This document shows positions 25,913-33,161 of a stretch of DNA of 34,606 nucleotides, in pieces. The DNA is from a virus. The notes under the pieces are model-generated. The model was not told where the DNA came from and did no database searches. It saw only the letters and a program-made list of their open reading frames with translations. The stretch lies in IMG/VR virus record IMGVR_UViG_3300037827_000058, positions 1 to 34,606 of that record; one strand, 5' to 3'. A program made the translations under genes and the position numbers. Within the stretch, counting starts at the first letter, position 1, and the number at the start of each line of letters is the position of its first letter.

Positions 25913-26457
25913 TGGTCTATCTCCTTTATTCTATCCATGATTACGCTGCTGTTTACTGGCCTTAGATTATGTTGCTCTACACTTACATTAAAATAATTAG
26001 GGTCATCACCACCTGGCCAAACAACTTCTCCTTGATGAATTAATGTATTTCTCCAAACTCTTCTGCTATGCAAATGCCCATGAACATTAAGAAAAAATCT
26101 CTGTCCTAGATTATCAGGATGAACAGGAATATGCGTTAATATACATCTCTTCCAATGGTACGCACCAAACAACCTTTGAAAATGAGAAACATATAAATCG
26201 AAGCTATGACAATCGTGATTCCCCATAATGAGACGCTTGTGACCATGAAGCCTGTTAGCGATAGCAACATTGCTAGCCCCAAAAGCAAAGTCACCGAGAT
26301 GGAATACAATATCTTTCGGATTAACCGTCTCGTTCCAATTGGTAATAAGCTGTTCATTCATTTCCTCCACGGTTTCAAATGGTCGAGCTTCCTTCTCATA
26401 TTCAAGGATATTACGATGCCCGAAATGGGTATCTGAGGTAAAATAAGTCTCAGTCAT
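25909..26457 (-). CDS. Calcineurin-like metallophosphoesterase
   Basis: Motifs FTSDTHFGH, HLGDF, GNHD and HGHLH. The internal ATG at 26457 is preferred because the longer track ORF would overlap the HNH-AP2 gene. Confidence 0.85.
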   Translation of the reverse strand: MTETYFTSDTHFGHRNILEYEKEARPFETVEEMNEQLITNWNETVNPKDIVFHLGDFAFGASNVAIANRLHGHKRLIMGNHDCHSFDLYVSHFQRLFGAYHWKRCILTHIPVHPDNLGQRFFLNVHGHLHSRRVWRNTLIHQGEVVWPGGDDPNYFNVSVEQHNLRPVNSSVIMDRIKEIDQ

Positions 26458-26908
26458 AATACTTCCTTTGCGCATTAAGCACAGCTTGATAGGCTGCTTC
26501 TTGTGTTTTATAAACACCTAAAGAAATTCGTTTATATGCAACAGATATTCTTGCTCTCCAATTTCCATCGTGATGCTTTGTTACTCCTCTGTATCTACTT
26601 TCGCCTCCACGACTTTTTTGATACTGAATATTTTGTGCATGGGTGCATACTCTTAAATTGCTTTTTCTATTATCTAATGTATTACCATTGATATGGTCTA
26701 CTTCCATCCCATCAGGACAATTCATAATTTGCCTGTGCATTTTGACCTTGAGTCTCGTGCCTGATTCATCGGTCCCATTATTTCTAATCGCATAGAATCC
26801 ATTTTTTAATCTAGTTGGTTGTGCTTGCCATTTAAAGGCGATTATTTGTTTATAATCTTCTTCATCTATTCTCGCATATTGACCTTTTGTTAATTCAACC
26901 AACATCAT
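26450..26908 (-). CDS. HNH endonuclease with a C-terminal AP2 DNA-binding domain
   Basis: HNH motif VDHINGNTLDNRKSNLRVCTHAQN. AP2 motif YRGVTKHHDGNWRARISVAYKRISLGVYKTQEAAYQAV. Confidence 0.85.
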   Translation of the reverse strand: MMLVELTKGQYARIDEEDYKQIIAFKWQAQPTRLKNGFYAIRNNGTDESGTRLKVKMHRQIMNCPDGMEVDHINGNTLDNRKSNLRVCTHAQNIQYQKSRGGESRYRGVTKHHDGNWRARISVAYKRISLGVYKTQEAAYQAVLNAQRKYYD

Positions 26909-27062
26909 TCTCGCCTAATTCCTTTAGTAAGTTAGTTGCAGCCTGATTTATCCATGATATTGTTTCACGGTTTTGTAAATCGCCACCTGTCGCAATTGAT
27001 TCATTGGCAATCATTTTTACAAACTCAACTAGTCTGTCATATCTTTGACACAATTCCATCAT
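26895..27062 (-). CDS. Hypothetical protein, 55 aa
   Basis: Translated by eye as MMELCQRYDRLVEFVKMIANESIATGGDLQNRETISWINQ... It has an ATGA overlap with the upstream gene and a 14-nt overlap with the downstream gene. Confidence 0.45.
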   Translation of the reverse strand: MMELCQRYDRLVEFVKMIANESIATGGDLQNRETISWINQAATNLLKELGENDVG

Positions 27063-27331
27063 TTATCCTTTTGCTTATGGTCTACCCACCTAAGGGCTAA
27101 TTTAACTTTATCCATATACTGTTTTAAAATAAACTCTCTGCGTATTTGAAATGTTCCAGCTACTTTATCTATTATCTCCGCTGCAATGGCTGATGGCGCA
27201 GTTAAACATTGTTGAATAAAATATTTTCTATCATTCTCATAATCTCTTGGATCAATACATTCTATAAACTTCTGCACAAACTCATTAGTTAAGTCAGTTA
27301 GCTTCTTCAAATCCTCAAGTTTCTTATCCAC
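27059..27331 (-). CDS. Hypothetical helical protein, 90 aa, GTG start
   Basis: Track ORF with GGAGAAGG upstream of the GTG at 27331. Confidence 0.55.
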   Translation of the reverse strand: MDKKLEDLKKLTDLTNEFVQKFIECIDPRDYENDRKYFIQQCLTAPSAIAAEIIDKVAGTFQIRREFILKQYMDKVKLALRWVDHKQKDK

Positions 27332-27344
27332 CTAATACCTTCTC

Positions 27345-27530
27345 CATAAAAGGGTGGGATAGAGGGATTTTCACCCTCACCTACCTCGTTAGCTTACTTG
27401 TACCAGCCCTTTTCTATTTCTAGCGGGTCACTCGCGACTCAGGTTTCCCATTGCCCTTTCCTATTCAGCCTCGGCTATGCCAAAATGAGGCGCTCTTCGA
27501 TCACGCGCGTCTTTTCGAGCTCTATCCCAT
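27345..27530 (-). ncRNA. Candidate structured RNA or cis-regulatory leader, family unrecognised
   Basis: No ORF on either strand, and visibly GC-richer than its surroundings. A 9-bp long-range helix pairs 27520-27528 with 27356-27364. Local hairpins are present. At the 3' end on the minus strand, stem AGGGUG/CACCCU is followed by UUUUAU. Confidence 0.35.
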
Positions 27531-27536
27531 AAACAA

Positions 27537-28031
27537 TTAAAACGCTATATCATCATCAGCGAAGGGATCGTCTTCTGCCTTTTTAGCTAGTGGCTTTTGA
27601 TCTTCCTTCTTGATATAGTCCTCAACTTTGTTCTTATCTGGGTACTTACTCCCAGCAGGTTTCCCTTTTAACTTATCTTGTGGAATTTCGCCACCTTCTT
27701 CAATAGTAATTTTTACTCGAACCCGATTGCCAATGGCGACTTCTGAACATAATTTACCAGACTCATATTGTGGTAACAGTCCTGCTGAATCAGCAAAATG
27801 AATAACCTTCCACATCATGCTCTTCGTAAACACAAGGAAGTCTCGAACATCACGGGCCTTTCCATCTTCATCAAAAACCTGCAAGGTGATGTCCATCATA
27901 GGGTTACCGCTATTGGCAGAAACCTTATCTTGTGAGGCAGATATTACCGCCTCATACTCACCTTCTTTAAGAAGGTTAAATCGCTCTTCGATAGCTTCCT
28001 GCTCTGACATTACTGAATATTGAAATGACAT
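27537..28031 (-). CDS. SSB-like protein (DUF669-type) with an acidic C-terminal tail
   Basis: The C-terminus DDPFADDDIAF resembles the SSB tip. The gene is a neighbour of the Sak4-type ATPase. The start at the ATG at 28031 has GGAGA 9 nt upstream and TAATG coupling. Confidence 0.6.
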   Translation of the reverse strand: MSFQYSVMSEQEAIEERFNLLKEGEYEAVISASQDKVSANSGNPMMDITLQVFDEDGKARDVRDFLVFTKSMMWKVIHFADSAGLLPQYESGKLCSEVAIGNRVRVKITIEEGGEIPQDKLKGKPAGSKYPDKNKVEDYIKKEDQKPLAKKAEDDPFADDDIAF

Positions 28032-28531
28032 TATATATTTCTCCATGTTATGTTACGAACGATTCTATCTATTGCACTTATTGAGGTGCCATATATTTTT
28101 GATAACTCTGTGCAATTCATTGTTTTTGAATAAGACATTCTTATTTTTATGATATCTTCTTCTTTTAGCTTAGCCGTCCCATTCCGTTCACCAAATGACC
28201 CAACATATCCATTTCTATTCTTTTGAAACATGTCTTGCGTGTTATCTTTTTTTGTTCCTAGCCATAGATGCTCTGGATTAACACATTTCCTGTTGTCACA
28301 GGAATGCAGAACGCACATCCCCGCAGGGATCAATCCAATAAAAAATTCATAAGAATATCTATGGGCATGAATCCATTTTTTATTTAGAGTTTTAAACTGT
28401 CCATATCCATTAGACTTTATTGTTCCTCTCCACTCCAAGCATCCGTTATTGCTAATTAAGATGTTTGAATAAAATCTATTTTTATTTGTATTCAATATTC
28501 CAGAATCTCGAATATATCTATGGCTAGTCAT
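28031..28531 (-). CDS. HNH_3-type homing endonuclease with a C-terminal HTH
   Basis: Motifs NGYGQF and LHSCDNRKCVNPEHLWLGTKKDN, with C-terminal LSKIYGTSISAIDRIVRNITW. Confidence 0.8.
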   Translation of the reverse strand: MTSHRYIRDSGILNTNKNRFYSNILISNNGCLEWRGTIKSNGYGQFKTLNKKWIHAHRYSYEFFIGLIPAGMCVLHSCDNRKCVNPEHLWLGTKKDNTQDMFQKNRNGYVGSFGERNGTAKLKEEDIIKIRMSYSKTMNCTELSKIYGTSISAIDRIVRNITWRNI

Positions 28532-28532
28532 T

Positions 28533-29375
28533 TTATCCCTCTATCTGCTTTTTTAAATGATCGATACATTTCTGTATTTGTTCAGAAGTCATTTCTTCAA
28601 AACAGGTAGACTCTGATTTTGATAACCATTTATCTGTTATTTCTTGAGACACCTTCAATAGCTCTATTAATCTTTTTATCTCTGTAATTTGTTCAGATGA
28701 TGCCAATACCTGAGGAACAGAATCTTTTTCTAATATTTCTTTTCCATATCTCTTAGACATTTCTTTATAACTAAAAGGGAAAGTATCCCCATCCGGGAAG
28801 CTTTCTATGCGTGATTTCCTAACCAGACCCACTCTTTCTTTTCCTCTTTTTTGGATTTCAAACACTAAATCAAACAAATAATCCAATTTTTTATAGCCAT
28901 CGAAGGTTTGCCCGAGAACAGATAAATTTGCTCCATATTCATTCTTGCTATGACAAGTAATAATTACATTCATATCAAGTCTGAAAAGAAGATTAAGCAA
29001 TTGCTTCATTCTCTTATTTCCTTCGCCATAATGCCTTCCAAACTCTGTGCCCACCTTGCGCTCTGCTTTCTCTAACAAGTCGTTGTATAACAGCGTCAGC
29101 GAGTCTATAACCAGGGTCTTGTATTCGTGCTTGGTCGTTAAAAGCTCGCGGACTTCATTAACCATCTCATCGAAATCTACGGTCATCAGTACCGCGCCGT
29201 CCACCTCTTCAATCGCTCTGACGTACTGAGGCTTGTTCGTTGAGCCCTCAGTGTCGATGATGTAAGGTCTTGGGAATTGGATTGCAGCCATCGTCTTACC
29301 GACACCGGCACAACCATAAAACAATGCCTTAAGTCGTGACTCAATCATTGCTGGTTTCTTTGCTTTTAACGCCAT
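28533..29375 (-). CDS. Sak4-like AAA_24 ATPase (RecA-like single-strand annealing / recombination protein)
   Basis: Walker A GCAGVGKT and Walker B LVIDSLT, followed by the IITCH motif. Size and context are typical for this family. Confidence 0.75.
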   Translation of the reverse strand: MALKAKKPAMIESRLKALFYGCAGVGKTMAAIQFPRPYIIDTEGSTNKPQYVRAIEEVDGAVLMTVDFDEMVNEVRELLTTKHEYKTLVIDSLTLLYNDLLEKAERKVGTEFGRHYGEGNKRMKQLLNLLFRLDMNVIITCHSKNEYGANLSVLGQTFDGYKKLDYLFDLVFEIQKRGKERVGLVRKSRIESFPDGDTFPFSYKEMSKRYGKEILEKDSVPQVLASSEQITEIKRLIELLKVSQEITDKWLSKSESTCFEEMTSEQIQKCIDHLKKQIEG

Positions 29376-29547
29376 TTTACTTCTCCACTAGTTATGACCA
29401 TTTAAGGTCTTACGAAATCAATTCCATATACGCACCATATTGTTTACATCAACAAAATGGTGCGCATAAAGCATTTATCTCTTCTTGAACAACCATAAAT
29501 ATTTAGCTCTCTTAAAATTCAATCGTTCAGATGGCTTGATGTAATCT

Positions 29548-29751
29548 TTAATCATTTTGTGGCCCCTCTTCTAGTAATGAAATGTGTCCTATTGCTGCGT
29601 ACCGCGCTTCCTGTTCTGAGTCAAAACTATCTTGTGACTCAATAACTCCATCATCATAAGGAGGGCACCCCTCACCATAGATTTCATAATTAAAAGTCTT
29701 CTCTGCTTCCTTAACGACTTTGAATTGATAACAACTGTATTTCTCAATCAT
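29548..29751 (-). CDS. Small acidic hypothetical protein, 67 aa
   Basis: Track ORF, TAATG-coupled to the upstream gene. Confidence 0.55.
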   Translation of the reverse strand: MIEKYSCYQFKVVKEAEKTFNYEIYGEGCPPYDDGVIESQDSFDSEQEARYAAIGHISLLEEGPQND

Positions 29752-30281
29752 TAGAACTTACCCCAATAAATTTCACCGGTTTCGCGGTCTTGTTGGGCGT
29801 ACAATCCTTGCTCGTTGTTAATCATGTGGTGATAGCTGTTGCACGCATCATCAAGAACATCTTCAAGAGATGATGCGTAGTAAGTGAGTAGGTTTTTTCG
29901 GGTAACTTCTGCGAAGTGTTCTCTTGTTTCAAGGCAATCGTTCTTCAACATAGAAAGCATGGCACACAAATAATCACTGTTAATGGATTCGTCTTCACCA
30001 TAACAAGCGTATTCAATTTCACGGTCTATTGATTCTATGTAAAGACGGACGAGTTCATTCTGTTCGTCTGTTGGAAGCATATCGAGGGAAAGCTCGTATT
30101 GCTCGTTCACAAATTTTGCGTAACTAGCAACCAATTCTTCGGCGTAGTTTGTTAAGGTTCTCTTGTGACTCATTCGTTTTGTCACTCCTTTGACTGCATT
30201 CGTTCCTAGTTGGAACGGGTCATCAATCCATGATGACTGTTGATTTTGCACATAGCTGTGCGCTAAACTAATTACGTTCAT
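29751..30281 (-). CDS. Acidic hypothetical protein, 176 aa
   Basis: Track ORF with an AGGAGA SD. I count about 30 D/E against about 14 K/R residues. Confidence 0.6.
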   Translation of the reverse strand: MNVISLAHSYVQNQQSSWIDDPFQLGTNAVKGVTKRMSHKRTLTNYAEELVASYAKFVNEQYELSLDMLPTDEQNELVRLYIESIDREIEYACYGEDESINSDYLCAMLSMLKNDCLETREHFAEVTRKNLLTYYASSLEDVLDDACNSYHHMINNEQGLYAQQDRETGEIYWGKF

Positions 30282-30356
30282 TATTATCTCCTGCTACGGA
30301 TGTATTATGTTCATCGGGGTGAATGGTTCGAGCCACTCATCCCAACGCCTTACCTA

Positions 30357-30509
30357 TTACGCTAACTTTAAAAAGTGCAAAACGATGGGAACAATCCATC
30401 CACCAACTACTAACCCCATTGTCCAATTCATTTTATTTTCAAGAATTCTAAACTTTTCATCATGAACACGTAACTTAACTTCATGTTCTATATATTGTTC
30501 GTCTTTCAT
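30357..30509 (-). CDS. Small C-terminally membrane-anchored protein, 50 aa
   Basis: GGAGAT SD upstream. Sequence is MKDEQYIEHEVKLRVHDEKFRILENKMNWTMGLVVGGWIVPIVLHFLKLA. Confidence 0.45.
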   Translation of the reverse strand: MKDEQYIEHEVKLRVHDEKFRILENKMNWTMGLVVGGWIVPIVLHFLKLA

Positions 30510-30543
30510 GTTTTTATCTCCTAACATAACCACTTATGTACAA

Positions 30544-30735
30544 TTATACATGTGTATCCAATCGTGTCAACTTACTTTCAATCTTTTTTTTGTGCTTCTC
30601 TATGCATTCCACTATAATCTGAGTCATAGAAGTCTCTTTTGCTGCGGCTTCTGCTTTTAAAAATATCCATAATTCTTTTGCAATTCTCATGTTAAAAATC
30701 TTTATTTCACTATCTTGTTTAGACATCTTACTCAC
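30544..30735 (-). CDS. Ribbon-helix-helix (Arc/CopG-like) regulator candidate
   Basis: Sequence FNMRIAKELWIFLKAEAAAKETSMTQIIVECIEK has a strand-helix-helix pattern. It is the first gene of the leftward unit. Confidence 0.55.
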   Translation of the reverse strand: MSKMSKQDSEIKIFNMRIAKELWIFLKAEAAAKETSMTQIIVECIEKHKKKIESKLTRLDTHV

Positions 30736-31182
30736 CCTTTTTATTTAACATCAATGTACATTTAATTAAGTGTACCAATGATTATATGTACACGCAAGAC
30801 AAATAACAAAAAGTTACACATCTGAATAAAAGTGTAAATAGGGCTTATGTTTGTGTGCGATTTGTATTAGGATCAGGAGAATTTAGGTTACACTAGAAGG
30901 GTTAGCAGCTAAGTTACATCATGTTCCTTGCTGCTGGAACTTTTATAAACAGCGCATGATTGACTGACCGCCAAGTTACCCAATCGTGCTTATTAGAACT
31001 ACCGGACGCCAAAGATTGGCAAACATCGGCTTGGTGCGTCCATACGTGTTAACGTCAATTAACGAGGTAATTATAAACATGCTAGCCTATAACCGCAACC
31101 TTTCTTTGCTCTGTTCCATTCCAAACCCTATACTGATTCCTTGTACACGATGTGCATTCATCCAATCTATAGGGAAGTAGAC
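30736..31182. promoter_or_regulatory. Divergent control region between the leftward and rightward units
   Basis: About 450 nt with no convincing ORF. It contains palindrome atgtacat, inverted repeat gtgtac-N12-gtacac, three (A/G)GTTACA(C/T) direct repeats, and hairpins at 30901-30940 and 31004-31041. Confidence 0.45.
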
Positions 31183-32001
31183 ATGAGCATAGTTAAGAAC
31201 ACACCCCATATTTTAAAGCATTGCCGTTCAGGCTGGACAAACTTACAAAACAAAACAATCGATGCCATCAAAGACCCCGGAACCCTTGGGGTGTATGTAT
31301 ACCTTGCAAGCAAATCTGAGAACTGGAACATCTCCGAAACCAACCTACAAAACAGATTTGGCAAAGGAAGGGATTATATTCGCGCACGATTGGCAGAATT
31401 GAAGCATGTAGGCTTACTGAAAACCCACGCAATAAAAGATAATTTAGGCCGCATAATCCGCTGGGAGACTGTACTTTATAACGAAGTCCAGATTACGGAT
31501 TGTCAGGAAAAACCGCCTAAAGTCCAGATTACTGAAAATCCACATTCTGGAAAACCCAGTGATCTGGAGAATCCACCTACTACGAAAGAAAGAGATCTAA
31601 AAAAGAAAGAGATTAACAATCACACACACAGCGTGGAGTGCGATTTGTTTTTGGAATCTGAATCACAAAGAAAAGCCCTGATGCTAAGAGCGAAGACGGT
31701 GAAGCATGAAAAGTGCAAGGAGCTATACGAGCAATTGCCCCAAGAAGTAAAAGACGATAAAAGCTTTGAAGACATTCACGATGAATGTGTAACCCACTAC
31801 GCAACCCAGACAGAGCCACAAATGGTAAGTCCTCAACGGCTCATGTCATGGATTAAGCGCGACATTAAATACCACGCCAGCCAACCTACAAAACCAGCCA
31901 GTTACCAAAAGCCCGGTGATTCGTTCAACAACTATATGAAATCTCAAAAAGCAGGTAATACGTATGACCAACACGGTAATACATATGACCCACTCCGTTG
32001 A
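31183..32001 (+). CDS. Replication initiator, lambda O-like winged-helix protein
   Basis: N-terminus VYVYLASKSENWNISETNLQNRFGKGRDYIRARLAELKHVGLL. Iteron-like repeats lie within the gene. It precedes the P-like gene. Confidence 0.55.
   Translation: MSIVKNTPHILKHCRSGWTNLQNKTIDAIKDPGTLGVYVYLASKSENWNISETNLQNRFGKGRDYIRARLAELKHVGLLKTHAIKDNLGRIIRWETVLYNEVQITDCQEKPPKVQITENPHSGKPSDLENPPTTKERDLKKKEINNHTHSVECDLFLESESQRKALMLRAKTVKHEKCKELYEQLPQEVKDDKSFEDIHDECVTHYATQTEPQMVSPQRLMSWIKRDIKYHASQPTKPASYQKPGDSFNNYMKSQKAGNTYDQHGNTYDPLR
31484..31620. repeat. Iteron-like repeats plus an A-rich tract: candidate origin of replication
   Basis: aagtccagattac occurs twice (31484, 31520). CTG(G)A(A/G)AA(T/C)CCA occurs three times (31532, 31547, 31564). 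aaagaaagagat occurs twice (31585, 31602). Confidence 0.45.
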
Positions 32002-32875
32002 TAGGGATTTAGTTAATCGCTTATTCGCTAAGTTCGCCAGTAAATACGGCAAGCTTTGGACTACACGGCTCGGTGAAGGTGGCGATTGGGCTGGCTGCGT
32101 TGATGATTGGTTTGATGAACTATCCAAGTTCTCACTTGAACAGGTGCGAGCAGCCGTCAACAAAGGGTTAACCATTTACCGAGACTTTCCACCAACCCAA
32201 GGGCAATTGATTGATTTATGCTTGGCTGAGAGTGGCGTACCGGATTTGAAACAAATCATTCGCGCAATGGTAGCCCGTGACTTTGGCCATCCGCTTGTGA
32301 AAATGGTGTATGACAAGATTGGCTCTTGGACATTAACCAATGGCAAAGAAACAGAAATTAATAGCAAAGCCAGTGCAGCATATAGCGAGTGTCTAGCTGA
32401 TTTCACTATTGACCCTCAATCATGCTGGCAAAAACTAACCGATTTCAACGCCAAGCCAAAGGAACTTCCAGCTCCTTCAAAGATTCCAAGCACCAGCGAA
32501 AGCAAAGCGTTTCGTGAGTGTATGACTAAGTGCCAAGAGTTACTTAGCCAAAAAAAGATTGCTGGTGGTGGCAAAACCTATAAAGAGTTCCCGGCCAATC
32601 AAATAAAAAAAGGCCATAAAGAGTTTGACCAAGCTATTTTTGATGAGTACAAAGCGTACTTATTGAGTATTCCAGAAACTGAAACGATGATTTTACCGCC
32701 TGTTTATCTCATGGAGCGCAACAAGTTTTTAAACATGGCAAAGCAAGCAGAATGGTTAAAGAAGCAAGGCTACGTACCGCCTAAAGAGCGGGAAGGGTTT
32801 GCATCTCCGAAAGGCTCTGATAGAAGTGGGAATGGTAAACCCACCAAGATTTATAAAAATTGGGCGCATGACTGA
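31964..32875 (+). CDS. Replication protein, lambda P-like helicase-loader candidate
   Basis: Its layout resembles lambda P, with LFAKFASKYGKLW and FPPTQGQLIDLC compared to lambda FLPSPGQFVAWC. It sits after the initiator. The start is either 31964 or 31985. Confidence 0.45.
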   Translation: MTNTVIHMTHSVDRDLVNRLFAKFASKYGKLWTTRLGEGGDWAGCVDDWFDELSKFSLEQVRAAVNKGLTIYRDFPPTQGQLIDLCLAESGVPDLKQIIRAMVARDFGHPLVKMVYDKIGSWTLTNGKETEINSKASAAYSECLADFTIDPQSCWQKLTDFNAKPKELPAPSKIPSTSESKAFRECMTKCQELLSQKKIAGGGKTYKEFPANQIKKGHKEFDQAIFDEYKAYLLSIPETETMILPPVYLMERNKFLNMAKQAEWLKKQGYVPPKEREGFASPKGSDRSGNGKPTKIYKNWAHD

Positions 32876-33105
32876 TGAATAAAGGGCTATGGATAGCCAG
32901 AAAGAATTACTTGTGTACATTGATTAAGAAAGTATCAGATGGTCATGGTGGTGATGACATTGAATTTCTTAGACAACATTGCAAAGAAGTAATCGAGGCA
33001 CATCCAGATGAAAAGATTGAAGAAGCTATCGCGTGCTATCAGGAGATGATAGAGCAATTAAAATATTACCCAGAGAGAGTTATTAAAAATGGGAAGAAGA
33101 GTTAA
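32875..33105 (+). CDS. Hypothetical protein, 76 aa
   Basis: Track ORF with a 1-nt stop/start overlap to the previous gene. Confidence 0.55.
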   Translation: MNKGLWIARKNYLCTLIKKVSDGHGGDDIEFLRQHCKEVIEAHPDEKIEEAIACYQEMIEQLKYYPERVIKNGKKS

Positions 33106-33161
33106 GAAGATTGTAAGTTTGCACGACCATAAAGCCATGATGGCGCTACTTAAGGATTTAT

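Noticed and set aside
27355-27385. GGTGAAAATCC string (minus strand) reminiscent of the cobalamin riboswitch core
   Set aside because: No B12 box (GCCACTG) is present, and the order of the GGGAA, GACCCGC and GGTGAAAATCC elements does not match the cobalamin consensus. I also could not fit the glycine, c-di-GMP, ykkC or ZTP consensus sequences.
30986-31180. 64-aa GTG-initiated ORF in the divergent control region
   Set aside because: No SD, odd composition, and it runs into the initiator start. The region looks regulatory.
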